Shown here piece after piece: positions 47,084 through 57,602 of a DNA stretch of 64,000 bases. The translations under genes and the position numbers were made by a program. The notes beneath the pieces were generated by a model. The model saw nothing but the letters and a program-made list of their open reading frames with translations. It made no database searches and had not been told where the DNA came from. The stretch lies in assembly GCA_965230295.1 (NCBI GenBank), contig OZ246001.1:1504001-1568000 (forward strand), given 5' to 3'. Each line of letters starts with the position of its first letter. Position 1 is the first letter of the stretch. Origin of the DNA: Marinicella sp. (lineage in GTDB: Bacteria; Pseudomonadota; Gammaproteobacteria; Xanthomonadales; Marinicellaceae).

Positions 47084-50000
47084 TTAATAACATCCACTCC
47101 ACTCATGTAGAGCACAACCAGCTCCTGGATAACCAGCAGGCTGTTTTAATAATGTCGCCGATGGATTCAACAATTTACCCAGGAAACCACCATTCACAAT
47201 ATCCAAAGGCCCTAGCTCAACCCTGACATTACTGTGCGACACATTGCCAAAAACAAATGATTTAGACACGCCGTCTGGGAAATAGCCTCTGCTCACCAGA
47301 TTATTGGCATCCATTGATCCCAAGCTGATGCCGCCAATGGTTTGGTTTCTTTGACCATTCACAATGGCATCATAACCAGATGCTGTAATTAAGCCTTGGA
47401 AGCCCAAAGCAATATCAACTAAATCGAATACCAACCCTATTGTTCTATTCAGACCACTATACTTTCTGGAGTCAATAACTCCTCCACTGTTTCGAGAGAG
47501 TATCCCTCGAACCCCTTGACCAGCTTCTTTATCTGTGTAGTTATCCTCATAAAACCTCGTACCGATCAACTTATTCCCTGCAAAACTCATGGCGACCAGA
47601 GCTAAATTCAGTTCTGCTAAACTCATACCATTCTTTTTCGCAAAGCGTTCAAGTTCTTCGGTTGCTTTGAATTTACCGTAATGAGAAACCAGGTTTTGTA
47701 CCACACCACCAGCACCAACAAACTTACCAGAAGCATCAATGATACCACCGCGTAAGAATGAGAGTACCGCGCCTGCTTCGGGGTCAAGACTGCTGATCAC
47801 TTGCGCAGCTACATCAAAAGCGTTAATACCACCAGCTACAGTACTGGCTCCACCACTGGCAGATGTGGATACTGGAGCAGTTTCAGATATGGCAGTATTT
47901 GTTGCAACATCTCCTGCACCACCTGCTGCTGCCTTAGAGCCTGAATTGGCTGCGTCTGCCCCTCCGGTATTTGCAAATTGACTGCCCACAAAAGCCACTG
48001 CCCCTGCTACCAGCCCAGCACGAAGAGCTGATCTCAAGCTGCCAGTGATGATATAGGTGCTGGTGAAACCAACCGTAAATGCCGTCCAGAATATATTGAA
48101 CCCAAGGCCAGGTAGTATAAAACTCAATGTGACAGCAACAACAGCTGCCACCAATTTTCTCAGAGAAAAATACCCTGTGGGATCAGTGAATGAAAGCGGG
48201 TTGTTATGAACATACACATAACGGTTAAAGCCCTGTGAGGTATTGGGGTCTTGTACCACGGGGTCGGCTTGGAGCATCTTGCCAAGTTCTGCATCGTAAA
48301 TCCTGCCTCCCATATTGATGATACCAAATACATCAAGCATCTCATGGCCTGTGAATCCTTTGGTGGTGTAATCAGACAAGTAATCCCGTGACAAGGTGGA
48401 TGAAAAATCATCCCAATTGGCAGGGACTCGGCGTTCACCCCAGGCTGAAAAGCTCATGGCTTGGAGAAAATGGCCACTTGAGTCTGTGATAACATCCACC
48501 GATCCCAGATGATCATGAAACAGATAGGTTTCCTGGGTTGAGTTGTTGGTTTCGGTGATCACGGCGAAGTTACCCAAATGCCGCTTAAAGGCAATCTGCC
48601 CATTGGCATTGTATTCAACCTCCACATTGCCCATAAAGTGGGTGACGGTGGTTTCATCATCTGAGTTGGTATCTGTACGTGAGTAAGGTTCTTCTGTATT
48701 GTTGTAGCGATATATGCTCTCATCAATGGGGTCATTGCTGTTTGACCCTGTGTAGATGCGCTGAATTTTGTTGAAACCAGTATAAGCAACATTGCGATCA
48801 ACCAGTTGTCCTTGCCCATTTCTGAAATTGGTCGAACGGGTCATGTTGCCACGGTCATCATAGGTAAATATTTGAGCGCCTTTGGATTGAACCTGATGTG
48901 GTGATGAACCAATGGCAGATGCGTTGCCTGTGAGGTAGGCATAACTTTGTCCATCCTTACTGGTCAGGTTGCCTTTGGCATCGTAACCAGTGACCTGATG
49001 CGCTACATTGCCAGTGGTGATGTTGCAGTTTTGACCTGAGTTATTGAATCGATAGGTATCAGTCAACCTGTTTAAGCGATCATATCTAAAACATTCGGAT
49101 TGATTATTTCCTATGTCTGATCTTTTGACCAGATTACCAAGAGAGTCATACTCATAAACATATTGCTGATGGGGTGCAGTAATCGAATTGAGCCAACCAC
49201 GGGTAGGGTGGAATGTGTAAATAGCACTCAAGGTGGCATCACCTGCCTTACGATCAGAAATGACATTGCCCCATTTGTCGGTCTGATTGATGCGGTAGTA
49301 TTCCTTGGTGCCATCTGCTGCATCGGTGACGTGTGACAGAAAGCCCCTGGCATTGTAGTGGTTTTCTGTGGCTTTGCCTGATGCGTCTTGCTGGTATTTC
49401 AGGCGTGAGAACTGATCGTAATAGAGGTTGGCCTGATAATCACAGGTCAAGCCGATACAGACATTGTCGGCATCGGTGAATGAAATGTCTGTGGTCTGAG
49501 GGCGTTTGAACCCATCATAAGTATGGCTTTGGGTGTAACTGATGGAGCCAACAAAGGTGAGTTTGGCTTCGGTTTCAAGCAAACCATTGGTGGCATTATA
49601 AGTATTGATGTTACGGGTTAATTGAACAGTGTCATCCCAGCTTTCAACCTGGTGTGCCCTGCCGAGGGTGTCGTAATAGGTCTTGATGCTATTATCTTCT
49701 GCATCAATGGTTTCGACCACTTCGCCCAGGGCATTGTAGAAGATTTCACTGAAACCCGTATCCACATCATCACTTGAGGTTTTTCTACCCCTACGATCAT
49801 AAGTGTTTTCTATCAATCGCTCGATGAGGTTGTTGGCATCACGGGTCAGGTTTAACAAAGCACCTTGTGAATCGTAAACATAGGTCAGTGTATTTTTATA
49901 TTCAGGGTTGGCACCTGCAATGTCAAAATCCTTTACCTCTATGAGCTGATCCAAGGCATTGCGTTTTTCCTGTCTTCTTTGGCCTGCATCATTGGTGAAG

Positions 50001-53000
50001 TGGGTGGTAAAGCCTGCATAACTCATGGCTTCATCTGAGGTGTCAGGCAGGATCATTTTGGTTGAGCGATTATAACGATCAAATTCAGTGTGGGTTACTG
50101 GAATATTTCCTACTGATGCACCGAGAAAATGATCCCCCTCTGATTTGATCTTTCTTCCAAACTGATCATGCCAAACTTTGTTCACCACATAACGGTCATC
50201 ACCTGATGTGCTACCATCATTGGTTGCGTTAGAGCTCTGGGTGATGGTGGCAACTTCTCTGCCTAATGAGTCCATATAGATGTAGCTCAACGATCCACCT
50301 GCATCCATTTTTCTAACACGAATTTGTGCATCCATACCTGAGGAGCAAGCATAAGTATCTGTCAAACCAGTACACCATTGTCTTGAAGTTTGTGTCCAGG
50401 TGCCAAGCGTATTTCTGGTTGAAGTCAATCGTCCAAAATCATCATAAGCATTGGTGGTGATTATGCCCAACAAATCAATGGATGTCAGCGGATTGCCGTA
50501 TATATCCCGTGTCAGAACATCGGTGAGGTTTTGTTCTTCTGTATTGTATGTTTCATCCACATAACGACCTTTGGAATCAAAGGTGGTGCGTTCATAGCGG
50601 TGGATGTGATATGGACTTGCTGCATTGGCTGCTGTCGGTGTGTTATTTGCACACTGACTCGAAGTTAAAGTCGCACCTGAGCAAGTGATAACTTTGGTGG
50701 TGTTACCAAAACCATCATATTCATAGCGTTTACGCAAGAACAGTTCATCACCACCAGTGGGGTCTTGACGTTCTTCAATCAACAAACCATTGGTGTAGTC
50801 ATAATCAAACTCACTGACAGTGGTGATGCTGAGCTGACCTGTTCTGGTTTTGACGGTTGTTGATGTTTCAAGCAGTCCAATTAACCAACGAGACTCGCCT
50901 GAGTTTAGGGTTGTGATGTTGCTGTATGTGTTGGTCGTTGTGTTGGTTTGTAATGTTGTGCCACTACCATCTTTGATGGTCACTGTGTGTACCAAGGGAT
51001 TGCCAAATGAATCGTGCGTGGTGCTCTGAGTCTCGGTTTTGAGCAATGTGCCATCTTCTGGTGAATGGGTGTCCAAAGTAACCGTTTGGACATATGGAAA
51101 TGTGCTTTTGCTGGTGGGACTGAGTTGATTTGGTGTGATGCTGATGGTTGATAACGTGGTATCAGTACCTGCCAGATTCATATTTTCTTCTATGCGAGGA
51201 ATGTCTTCACAAGGCAAGCCAGGTTCGCATGGGGGTGGGAAACATGTATCATCATCGCCACAATCAGGAGGCACATTGCTGGCATCATAAAAATCATCAT
51301 TCAGTTGTTTAATCTGGGTTCCAGAGGGTATCCCGTTGTAGGGAAAGTCCTGCCGGTATGTCGTGGTTGACTCCAGTATTTTGGCATCACTATCACTGGC
51401 AGCTTTAACAGGGGTTGCTGTGATGACTTTTTCAAAACCTAAAAATCCACGACCGCCTGTTTGAATCCTGGCATTTTCATAACGATAACGCATGGTGTTC
51501 TGAAATGATTCATCTCCCTCAATGGGTGAATCGACATCAACCTGTCTGACCACATAGACTGCACCCATCACATCAAGCACAGGTGAACCAAGACCATAAT
51601 TTAAAGCCGTGGTTTGGTGGTTGCCTTGTTTGTAGGTGCTTGAAAAAGTCAGGGGTCGATACAACACATCGGTCGATGCCCCAAGTCCATCTGTAAAAGT
51701 TGTAATTTGATCGGTGGTCAAATAGACATCTTCTCTTGGGTATACATTTTGGTCACCTGCATTATCTATTCTGACATGGTCCATGGTGCCATCGCCATTC
51801 AAGTCCATAAACAAGTTCAGGTTTTGGTTTACATTAATGGCACTTGCACCGATGAATGTAGCAGTGCCTAAAAACCCATCACCCACCCATATTTTAGCCA
51901 AATAATTTTGGTTCCCTGTGGTATCTGGGTAAACAACATCTGTATATCCATCTAAGTTGTAGTCAAACATCTGTAAGTGATCTTCATTGTCAACTCCTAC
52001 GTCGCTGCTGAAAGATGTAAACCCTTTACCTGTTGCTAGTCTGTATTGCCAATTGTTTGATGTGTTCTTAGCAAATACATCCGTTAAACCATCAGCATTG
52101 ATGTCGATGAACTTGATGTCTTGATCTGCATCGTCCAATAAAGTTGATGTCTCCTTGATGTAGTAATGTTCAGATTCATAGTCCAAATCACCACCGGCCA
52201 GTCCATTGCCTATAAAAGCCACCCAATGAGATGAGTCCAGCACTTCCATAGGCTCACCTTGTAGATGAAAATCCTCGCCTGCTGATATAAATCGATAAGC
52301 TTGTTCATCCAAGTTTTCGATCAATGGCGGGTTTTCTGTATAATAAACATCTACCCTAAGAATCAAATCAGCCACGCCATCACCATTGACATCATTGGCA
52401 ATGACATTGATGTCATCATCCTGATGAAATCGATAAATCATATATTCATTGGGGTCAAGTGGTGGGGTTATTTCAGGAATTTGACTGACATCACCGGGCA
52501 AATCAATACCAACCAAGGTATTGGAAAAGGCATAACTGCCTCCTTGTCTTTCCAAATACCTGACTGACAAACCAGCAACAGGATACAACAAGTCTGCTAA
52601 ACCATCGCCATTCATATCAATGATTTGAAAATCACTGTTAGCTGTTCCAGTTAAACCTGTTGATGTTGAGACACTAGAAAACCCCACTGTGCCAGTACTG
52701 GCTAAATGTACCACCCATGAAGTACCCACCTGTATCATCAAGTCTTCTCTGCCATCGGCATTGTAATCAATCAAATGCCATTTGTTATCTATCTCTGTCC
52801 CAGCCGGTGCAGAAATGGTTGTGGTGGTGGCAATGCCGAACCCTGTTTGCCCATTGGCCAAAGCCACCTTGAATGTATCGGTGTTATCATCCACAAAAAC
52901 CAAGTCAGCCCGACCATCAGCATTCACATCACCGAGTTTGGAACTTTTAACATCTGTTGGAAAAGAAACATAAGCTCCAGTATCCGTTGCCCTGATTTGT

Positions 53001-54106
53001 TTGTTAGGTTCAGACCATGTAAAGTTACTTGCAGGAAAACAGGTTGCCCCTCTACATTCTTGAATTGAAGTTAAAATTGATCTGAATGTCGTGGTAGATA
53101 AGTCATAAAGTAGGGTGTAATCTCGAACCAATGTACCATCGATTCTTGACTCAATTGATGCCAGTCTTTGAGTCGTAGCAAACTCCACCCCACCTAGAAA
53201 TGAGGAAAATTCATCAGTCCTCGTTTCATAAATGAAACTGATGTTGTTATAAGGGGCAAGGGCTTGGGTTACATTACCGGTATAATCAATATCAGTCAGT
53301 ACAAATTCGCCATCAGCAAGTTTGTTGTAGCTGTAATCAATGTAGTTACTCATGGTGTCCTGGTAACGGTTGATGGCCCATGTATAAGTTTTGCCGTTGA
53401 TACCAGGATCAGAGTGCAAGACTGTTATGTTTGAATCAGTGGTATTGCCGTAAAAACTTTTCGAACCGTCTTTACGTTCTACAGTGAAATAATCTGGATT
53501 GTTACCACTGCCACCAACGGAAGTTATTCGGGCAAACTGTTCTTTTTCGGTTCGATACTCTGTGCCATCATCACCATATGAACCTCCATTAGAAACAAAC
53601 AACCTTTCTCCATTTAAACAAAACTTATCTTCAGTCCCATATGTTATGGGAGATGGCGTAATGTCACCAACCACATCTTTTGATTCAGCTGTTTCTCTAC
53701 AGCGTGAGATCAGTGTCACACCAGAAATAGACCAACCCACACCGACATGTCCATTGCCACCTGCTGATGAGTATTGCAAAGCCACTTTGGGTGAAACACC
53801 AGCGGAGCCTACACCAGCAAAGATTGGAATGGTGTATGCTGCTTGACCTGTTTGATCCACCATAAAATCACCAGCGGTGAATCCAACTTCTTCATGACCA
53901 GTTTCCAGTGTAGGCAAAGTTCCAGAGAACGGCGTTTCAGATGAAAGTGTAGGAGCGGCTACAGGAGCCTCAAAACCAGTGGCAAAAATTAAATCGATAC
54001 TTCTGGTTTCTTCAGAGTCGTAGTGATTTGTAACAGGTAAGATACCAGCACCGACTGTGCAACATGCTGATAATAGGATGATGACGAAGGGTTTGAGGCT
54101 TTTCAT
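47084..54106 (-). CDS. SpvB/FG-GAP/Rhs-repeat polymorphic toxin (TcB-TcC-like fusion) with signal peptide
   Basis: G.A.Y.IPI...G.AG..P..AL.YSS..GNG.VGVGWS (SpvB-like), D.NGDG..D repeats, GRGFLGFE, YD repeats, and the core RIYD...QADP...YVHNNPLSFTDPTGY. Confidence 0.92.
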   Translation of the reverse strand: MKSLKPFVIILLSACCTVGAGILPVTNHYDSEETRSIDLIFATGFEAPVAAPTLSSETPFSGTLPTLETGHEEVGFTAGDFMVDQTGQAAYTIPIFAGVGSAGVSPKVALQYSSAGGNGHVGVGWSISGVTLISRCRETAESKDVVGDITPSPITYGTEDKFCLNGERLFVSNGGSYGDDGTEYRTEKEQFARITSVGGSGNNPDYFTVERKDGSKSFYGNTTDSNITVLHSDPGINGKTYTWAINRYQDTMSNYIDYSYNKLADGEFVLTDIDYTGNVTQALAPYNNISFIYETRTDEFSSFLGGVEFATTQRLASIESRIDGTLVRDYTLLYDLSTTTFRSILTSIQECRGATCFPASNFTWSEPNKQIRATDTGAYVSFPTDVKSSKLGDVNADGRADLVFVDDNTDTFKVALANGQTGFGIATTTTISAPAGTEIDNKWHLIDYNADGREDLMIQVGTSWVVHLASTGTVGFSSVSTSTGLTGTANSDFQIIDMNGDGLADLLYPVAGLSVRYLERQGGSYAFSNTLVGIDLPGDVSQIPEITPPLDPNEYMIYRFHQDDDINVIANDVNGDGVADLILRVDVYYTENPPLIENLDEQAYRFISAGEDFHLQGEPMEVLDSSHWVAFIGNGLAGGDLDYESEHYYIKETSTLLDDADQDIKFIDINADGLTDVFAKNTSNNWQYRLATGKGFTSFSSDVGVDNEDHLQMFDYNLDGYTDVVYPDTTGNQNYLAKIWVGDGFLGTATFIGASAINVNQNLNLFMDLNGDGTMDHVRIDNAGDQNVYPREDVYLTTDQITTFTDGLGASTDVLYRPLTFSSTYKQGNHQTTALNYGLGSPVLDVMGAVYVVRQVDVDSPIEGDESFQNTMRYRYENARIQTGGRGFLGFEKVITATPVKAASDSDAKILESTTTYRQDFPYNGIPSGTQIKQLNDDFYDASNVPPDCGDDDTCFPPPCEPGLPCEDIPRIEENMNLAGTDTTLSTISITPNQLSPTSKSTFPYVQTVTLDTHSPEDGTLLKTETQSTTHDSFGNPLVHTVTIKDGSGTTLQTNTTTNTYSNITTLNSGESRWLIGLLETSTTVKTRTGQLSITTVSEFDYDYTNGLLIEERQDPTGGDELFLRKRYEYDGFGNTTKVITCSGATLTSSQCANNTPTAANAASPYHIHRYERTTFDSKGRYVDETYNTEEQNLTDVLTRDIYGNPLTSIDLLGIITTNAYDDFGRLTSTRNTLGTWTQTSRQWCTGLTDTYACSSGMDAQIRVRKMDAGGSLSYIYMDSLGREVATITQSSNATNDGSTSGDDRYVVNKVWHDQFGRKIKSEGDHFLGASVGNIPVTHTEFDRYNRSTKMILPDTSDEAMSYAGFTTHFTNDAGQRRQEKRNALDQLIEVKDFDIAGANPEYKNTLTYVYDSQGALLNLTRDANNLIERLIENTYDRRGRKTSSDDVDTGFSEIFYNALGEVVETIDAEDNSIKTYYDTLGRAHQVESWDDTVQLTRNINTYNATNGLLETEAKLTFVGSISYTQSHTYDGFKRPQTTDISFTDADNVCIGLTCDYQANLYYDQFSRLKYQQDASGKATENHYNARGFLSHVTDAADGTKEYYRINQTDKWGNVISDRKAGDATLSAIYTFHPTRGWLNSITAPHQQYVYEYDSLGNLVKRSDIGNNQSECFRYDRLNRLTDTYRFNNSGQNCNITTGNVAHQVTGYDAKGNLTSKDGQSYAYLTGNASAIGSSPHQVQSKGAQIFTYDDRGNMTRSTNFRNGQGQLVDRNVAYTGFNKIQRIYTGSNSNDPIDESIYRYNNTEEPYSRTDTNSDDETTVTHFMGNVEVEYNANGQIAFKRHLGNFAVITETNNSTQETYLFHDHLGSVDVITDSSGHFLQAMSFSAWGERRVPANWDDFSSTLSRDYLSDYTTKGFTGHEMLDVFGIINMGGRIYDAELGKMLQADPVVQDPNTSQGFNRYVYVHNNPLSFTDPTGYFSLRKLVAAVVAVTLSFILPGLGFNIFWTAFTVGFTSTYIITGSLRSALRAGLVAGAVAFVGSQFANTGGADAANSGSKAAAGGAGDVATNTAISETAPVSTSASGGASTVAGGINAFDVAAQVISSLDPEAGAVLSFLRGGIIDASGKFVGAGGVVQNLVSHYGKFKATEELERFAKKNGMSLAELNLALVAMSFAGNKLIGTRFYEDNYTDKEAGQGVRGILSRNSGGVIDSRKYSGLNRTIGLVFDLVDIALGFQGLITASGYDAIVNGQRNQTIGGISLGSMDANNLVSRGYFPDGVSKSFVFGNVSHSNVRVELGPLDIVNGGFLGKLLNPSATLLKQPAGYPGAGCALHEWSGCY

Positions 54107-54222
54107 GATAACGTCCCTTTAAATTTAAAGTTTAATTCTCACATTGCTGTAAACAGCAACCATTCCCTTTCTTGTGCCTAGTCTAGCAGCACAAATGTTA
54201 TTTTTGCAACAATAAACACAAA

Positions 54223-54570
54223 TCAATTCAATTGCTTGCAGACTTCTTTGGTTAGAGCAAAACCTCTTTCAAAGTCAGTTAATAGATAATGATTTGAAAT
54301 TCTAAATCCTGCAGGTTGTCCGTAATAAACTTCAGCAGTTTGTTCTGATGCCATCAACTTCAATAGTTTTCTATTTGCTTTAAGCATGAAAAAATCATTG
54401 GTTCTGGTTGCTTCAAACTTTTCATCCCCAATAATAAATCGAGCTGTTTGTTGATTGCCTCCAACGGCATCAGCAAAACCAATAACTGTATGTCCATCAT
54501 ATTCAGTTACTTTATTATCCAGATGAGCACGAATCATTAAAACGCATTGATGGTTCTCCAAAGTTGTCAC
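54223..54570 (-). CDS. Hypothetical protein, possibly truncated at the island edge
   Basis: 115-aa ORF in AT-rich DNA with a weak GTG start. Confidence 0.45.
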   Translation of the reverse strand: MTTLENHQCVLMIRAHLDNKVTEYDGHTVIGFADAVGGNQQTARFIIGDEKFEATRTNDFFMLKANRKLLKLMASEQTAEVYYGQPAGFRISNHYLLTDFERGFALTKEVCKQLN

Positions 54571-54627
54571 CTTTCCAACCTATTGCAGCACGATTTGATA
54601 TGAAATATCCTTTATTTGATGCTTCGA

Positions 54628-54669
54628 TGGGCGCGCCATACAAAAAAACCACCGCATGGGTGGTTTTTT
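54628..54669 (+). repeat. att-like copy of the tRNA 3' end plus terminator
   Basis: tgggcgcgccata-caaaaaaaccacc-gcatg-ggtggtttttt. Confidence 0.85.
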
Positions 54670-54728
54670 GCCTTTGCTCAGTGGTGAATACGAGACAAAT
54701 TCGTTGTCTCCATCTGGTGTTTTATCGA

Positions 54729-55433
54729 TCAAGGAGCTGGTGTATCATACCCGTCTGCATAGATCAAATCCGCGTCATAGATTAAATTCGAAAACAACTC
54801 ACCAGAGTCATTTGCACCTTCAATCGTAAACCTGCCAATGGGTACAGTTGATGAAAACCCGACAAACGAGGCATTCGGAGCCTGAACAGCAGGAACCATA
54901 ATGGTATCAATACTGATATCTTGATCATCAAAAACATTCACTGTAAAAGGTTCTAATGAGGTTCCGTTGGTCACATCAAATGCCACATGGTAGACATCAT
55001 GATGGAATTGAACTTGTGTGATTTCGACGAATGTGATTGCACCAACCACATCAAAAGGCACATTGACAAACCCTTGGGTCAGCAATGCGACATTGCCGGG
55101 TATAGCACTCACTGTAAAACCCAACTCCACTGCCCCCAAATCATAGCAAGGGGAGGCAAGATTCGAACTGATGCCAACCCCTGCATTGCAGACCTGGTTG
55201 GGCGCAACTAAGGAGTTGGTGAAGTCCTCGACGGCCAAATCCACACCGTTGGCGGCGTTGAGAAAGGCGGTCACGTCCGCATGGACCGTTATACTGCCAC
55301 CATGAATAACTTGCGGTAAGGCGGTTGTGGATGATTCAACATGGTTCGTTGAATGGTTATCGATGTCTAAGAATGACGTTTGAGCATTTACAGAAGTGGC
55401 TGCCAACGCAATGATGATGGTCTTTATTTTCAT
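54729..55433 (-). CDS. Secreted hypothetical protein
   Basis: Signal peptide ending VNA; C-terminal DLIYADGYD. Confidence 0.75.
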   Translation of the reverse strand: MKIKTIIIALAATSVNAQTSFLDIDNHSTNHVESSTTALPQVIHGGSITVHADVTAFLNAANGVDLAVEDFTNSLVAPNQVCNAGVGISSNLASPCYDLGAVELGFTVSAIPGNVALLTQGFVNVPFDVVGAITFVEITQVQFHHDVYHVAFDVTNGTSLEPFTVNVFDDQDISIDTIMVPAVQAPNASFVGFSSTVPIGRFTIEGANDSGELFSNLIYDADLIYADGYDTPAP

Positions 55434-55650
55434 GTTTTCCCCTTTTTAATTAATAGATACACCCTGCTATTATCATAAGTGTTTCTTTGAATATTCACAA
55501 TGAAAGAGGGTGGCTTTTTCCATTTTGATATTATTCACTGTGAATTGACGCGAGATGGCTCAGTTCATGATCTGATGTTTTTCTCACCACCACATACCCA
55601 CCAAAACCGATTTATGCGATACTCTGGGGTTTACATTGAGACCCGACAAC

Positions 55651-56289
55651 ATGCAAGCAGATTTCTGGTACGACAAGTGGAAAATCAACGAGATTGGCTT
55701 TGACCAAGCGGAAGCCAATCCACTTTTGGTGGCCCATTGGTCGTCAATGAATCTGAACCCGGGAGCCAAAGTTTTTGTACCACTGTGTGGCAAATCGATC
55801 GACATGGTGTGGTTGCTGCAACAAGGTTATCAAGTGATTGGCATTGAACTCAGCGAGGAAGCGATCCAGCGATTTTTTCAAGCCATGGAAATTGAACCGA
55901 TGGTGACCGAAGTGGGGGAGTTCACCTTATATCAGACCACCAACTTACGCATCTATGTTGGTGATATTTTTGCGTTACAAGACACCCACCTTGGCCAGGT
56001 GGGTGCCATTTATGACCGCGCTTCTTTGGTGGCTTTGCCGTTTGAGATGCGGGTGGATTACTGCCAGTATTTAGCCACCATCACCCACCTGGCGCCTCAA
56101 TTGTTGATTACCTTTGATTATGACCAAAGCCTACAAGCCGGCCCTCCATTTGCCATCCCAACTGATGAAATCAAATCCCATTATGAAGCATTGTATGACA
56201 TCACACTGCTTGACAGTCAGCCGGTCAATGGCGGACTGAAAGGTGGTTGTGAAGCGTTAGAACAAATTCGGTCTTTGTACCCAAAGTAG
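55651..56289 (+). CDS. tpm: Thiopurine S-methyltransferase
   Basis: FW..KW..N.IGF, VFVPLCGKSIDM, YDRA.LVALP and GPPF. Confidence 0.9.
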   Translation: MQADFWYDKWKINEIGFDQAEANPLLVAHWSSMNLNPGAKVFVPLCGKSIDMVWLLQQGYQVIGIELSEEAIQRFFQAMEIEPMVTEVGEFTLYQTTNLRIYVGDIFALQDTHLGQVGAIYDRASLVALPFEMRVDYCQYLATITHLAPQLLITFDYDQSLQAGPPFAIPTDEIKSHYEALYDITLLDSQPVNGGLKGGCEALEQIRSLYPK

Positions 56290-56290
56290 A

Positions 56291-56959
56291 TCAGAAATAA
56301 TACCGACACTGACCACCCCAATAAGCCCGGTCATAACCTTTGAATGTAACCTTCCAACTGATGTGGTATGTCATGGCCTCACTCAATACCGGCACATATC
56401 GATTGAAGTAAAGGGTTTTCTCAATTTTATTTCCACGATCCAACTTGGGATATTCACCCATGTCGCAGGTACAAGACTTATCGGGGCATTGTTTTTCATT
56501 CACCATGATCGTAGAGTTTTGACCTGGTTTTCGTTCCACTTCGGGAAACACCTCACTCAAACCATGAACAATTTGTTCGTAGACACCTGCGTAATCGGGA
56601 GTCAATCCATCGGTGGGATCCAAATCGATCATATCTGCGGCATCAATGATGGTAAATTCTTGTGCATTGGTCAAGTCAGAACGAAAGTCTGCCATGTTGG
56701 CATTACCCATATCTAATGGATCGGTTTTGGCGATCACTTTATTGTTGTGAATGGCAAAGATTTGCACATGCTCGACTTTCCAGTCACTGCCATGTTGCAG
56801 CATTTTGTAACATCGCCCTTCACATGACACACCGCCCGGCATTTTGCACGAAATCGGTTCTTCAAGAATGGAGTTTTCTGGTGGTTGTTTTTGTTCTGCT
56901 TTTAAGGTGTATGCGCCGCACAGTATAGATAACAAAATCACTTGGATTTGGAATTTCAT
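56291..56959 (-). CDS. Secreted Cys-containing hypothetical protein
   Basis: ggagg RBS, signal peptide and paired cysteines. Confidence 0.65.
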   Translation of the reverse strand: MKFQIQVILLSILCGAYTLKAEQKQPPENSILEEPISCKMPGGVSCEGRCYKMLQHGSDWKVEHVQIFAIHNNKVIAKTDPLDMGNANMADFRSDLTNAQEFTIIDAADMIDLDPTDGLTPDYAGVYEQIVHGLSEVFPEVERKPGQNSTIMVNEKQCPDKSCTCDMGEYPKLDRGNKIEKTLYFNRYVPVLSEAMTYHISWKVTFKGYDRAYWGGQCRYYF

Positions 56960-57317
56960 GAAACCATTCCTCCTATAAATCTCTTTGAGTATATGATTTT
57001 GTTGCAAATATTAATATTTTTTTCGTGAATATTTGTCTCTTTCAGATTATTGAACCTCAATGAACCTGGCCGGTCTGGCCAACTGATGCTTTGGGGCATC
57101 AAGCATTGATAAATTTGGGTGTTGTAGGATCTTATCTGAGTCATTTCTCATCTTACATGCTTAATTACTTATACAAAAAAAGCATAAAAAGTATGAAATT
57201 TTTTATTTATTATTCACGTTTAATCACCAATAATTTATACATATATCAATATTATGGTACATAATAATCAAATCTTCGTTGGGAGGGTGGTGTGAGAAAA
57301 GTTATCAAGGAGCTACA

Positions 57318-57536
57318 ATGAGAACACAGTCAATCATCAATGCAATGAAAAAACGCCGTCGTTCCAGCACGGTTAAAACCGATTCAAAAATAAAAGAACA
57401 AATCGCATTGATTCGCAGGGAAATCGTTAAAATGTCCTTTCAGCAAGACACCAACCCCTTACACTATGAACAGTTATTGGCCGAACTGGAAGAAATGAAA
57501 GCCAGATTGAAGCAAGTGGCTCAATTCAAACAATAG
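57318..57536 (+). CDS. Small basic helical hypothetical protein
   Basis: aggag RBS; 72 aa; resembles 6982-7191. Confidence 0.65.
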   Translation: MRTQSIINAMKKRRRSSTVKTDSKIKEQIALIRREIVKMSFQQDTNPLHYEQLLAELEEMKARLKQVAQFKQ

Positions 57537-57602
57537 AAAATAACAGCAAAACCAAGCACCCATGTCATTAGCCTCAGGTCCCGCTGTTACTTGATTCGGT
57601 CT

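Larger units (their letters stand above)
37755..54640. mobile_element. tRNA-Arg-anchored genomic island (polymorphic toxin/immunity); no integrase seen
   Basis: 13-bp direct repeat tgggcgcgccata at 37744-37756 and 54628-54640, each followed by a related terminator; interior is visibly AT-rich. Confidence 0.8.
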
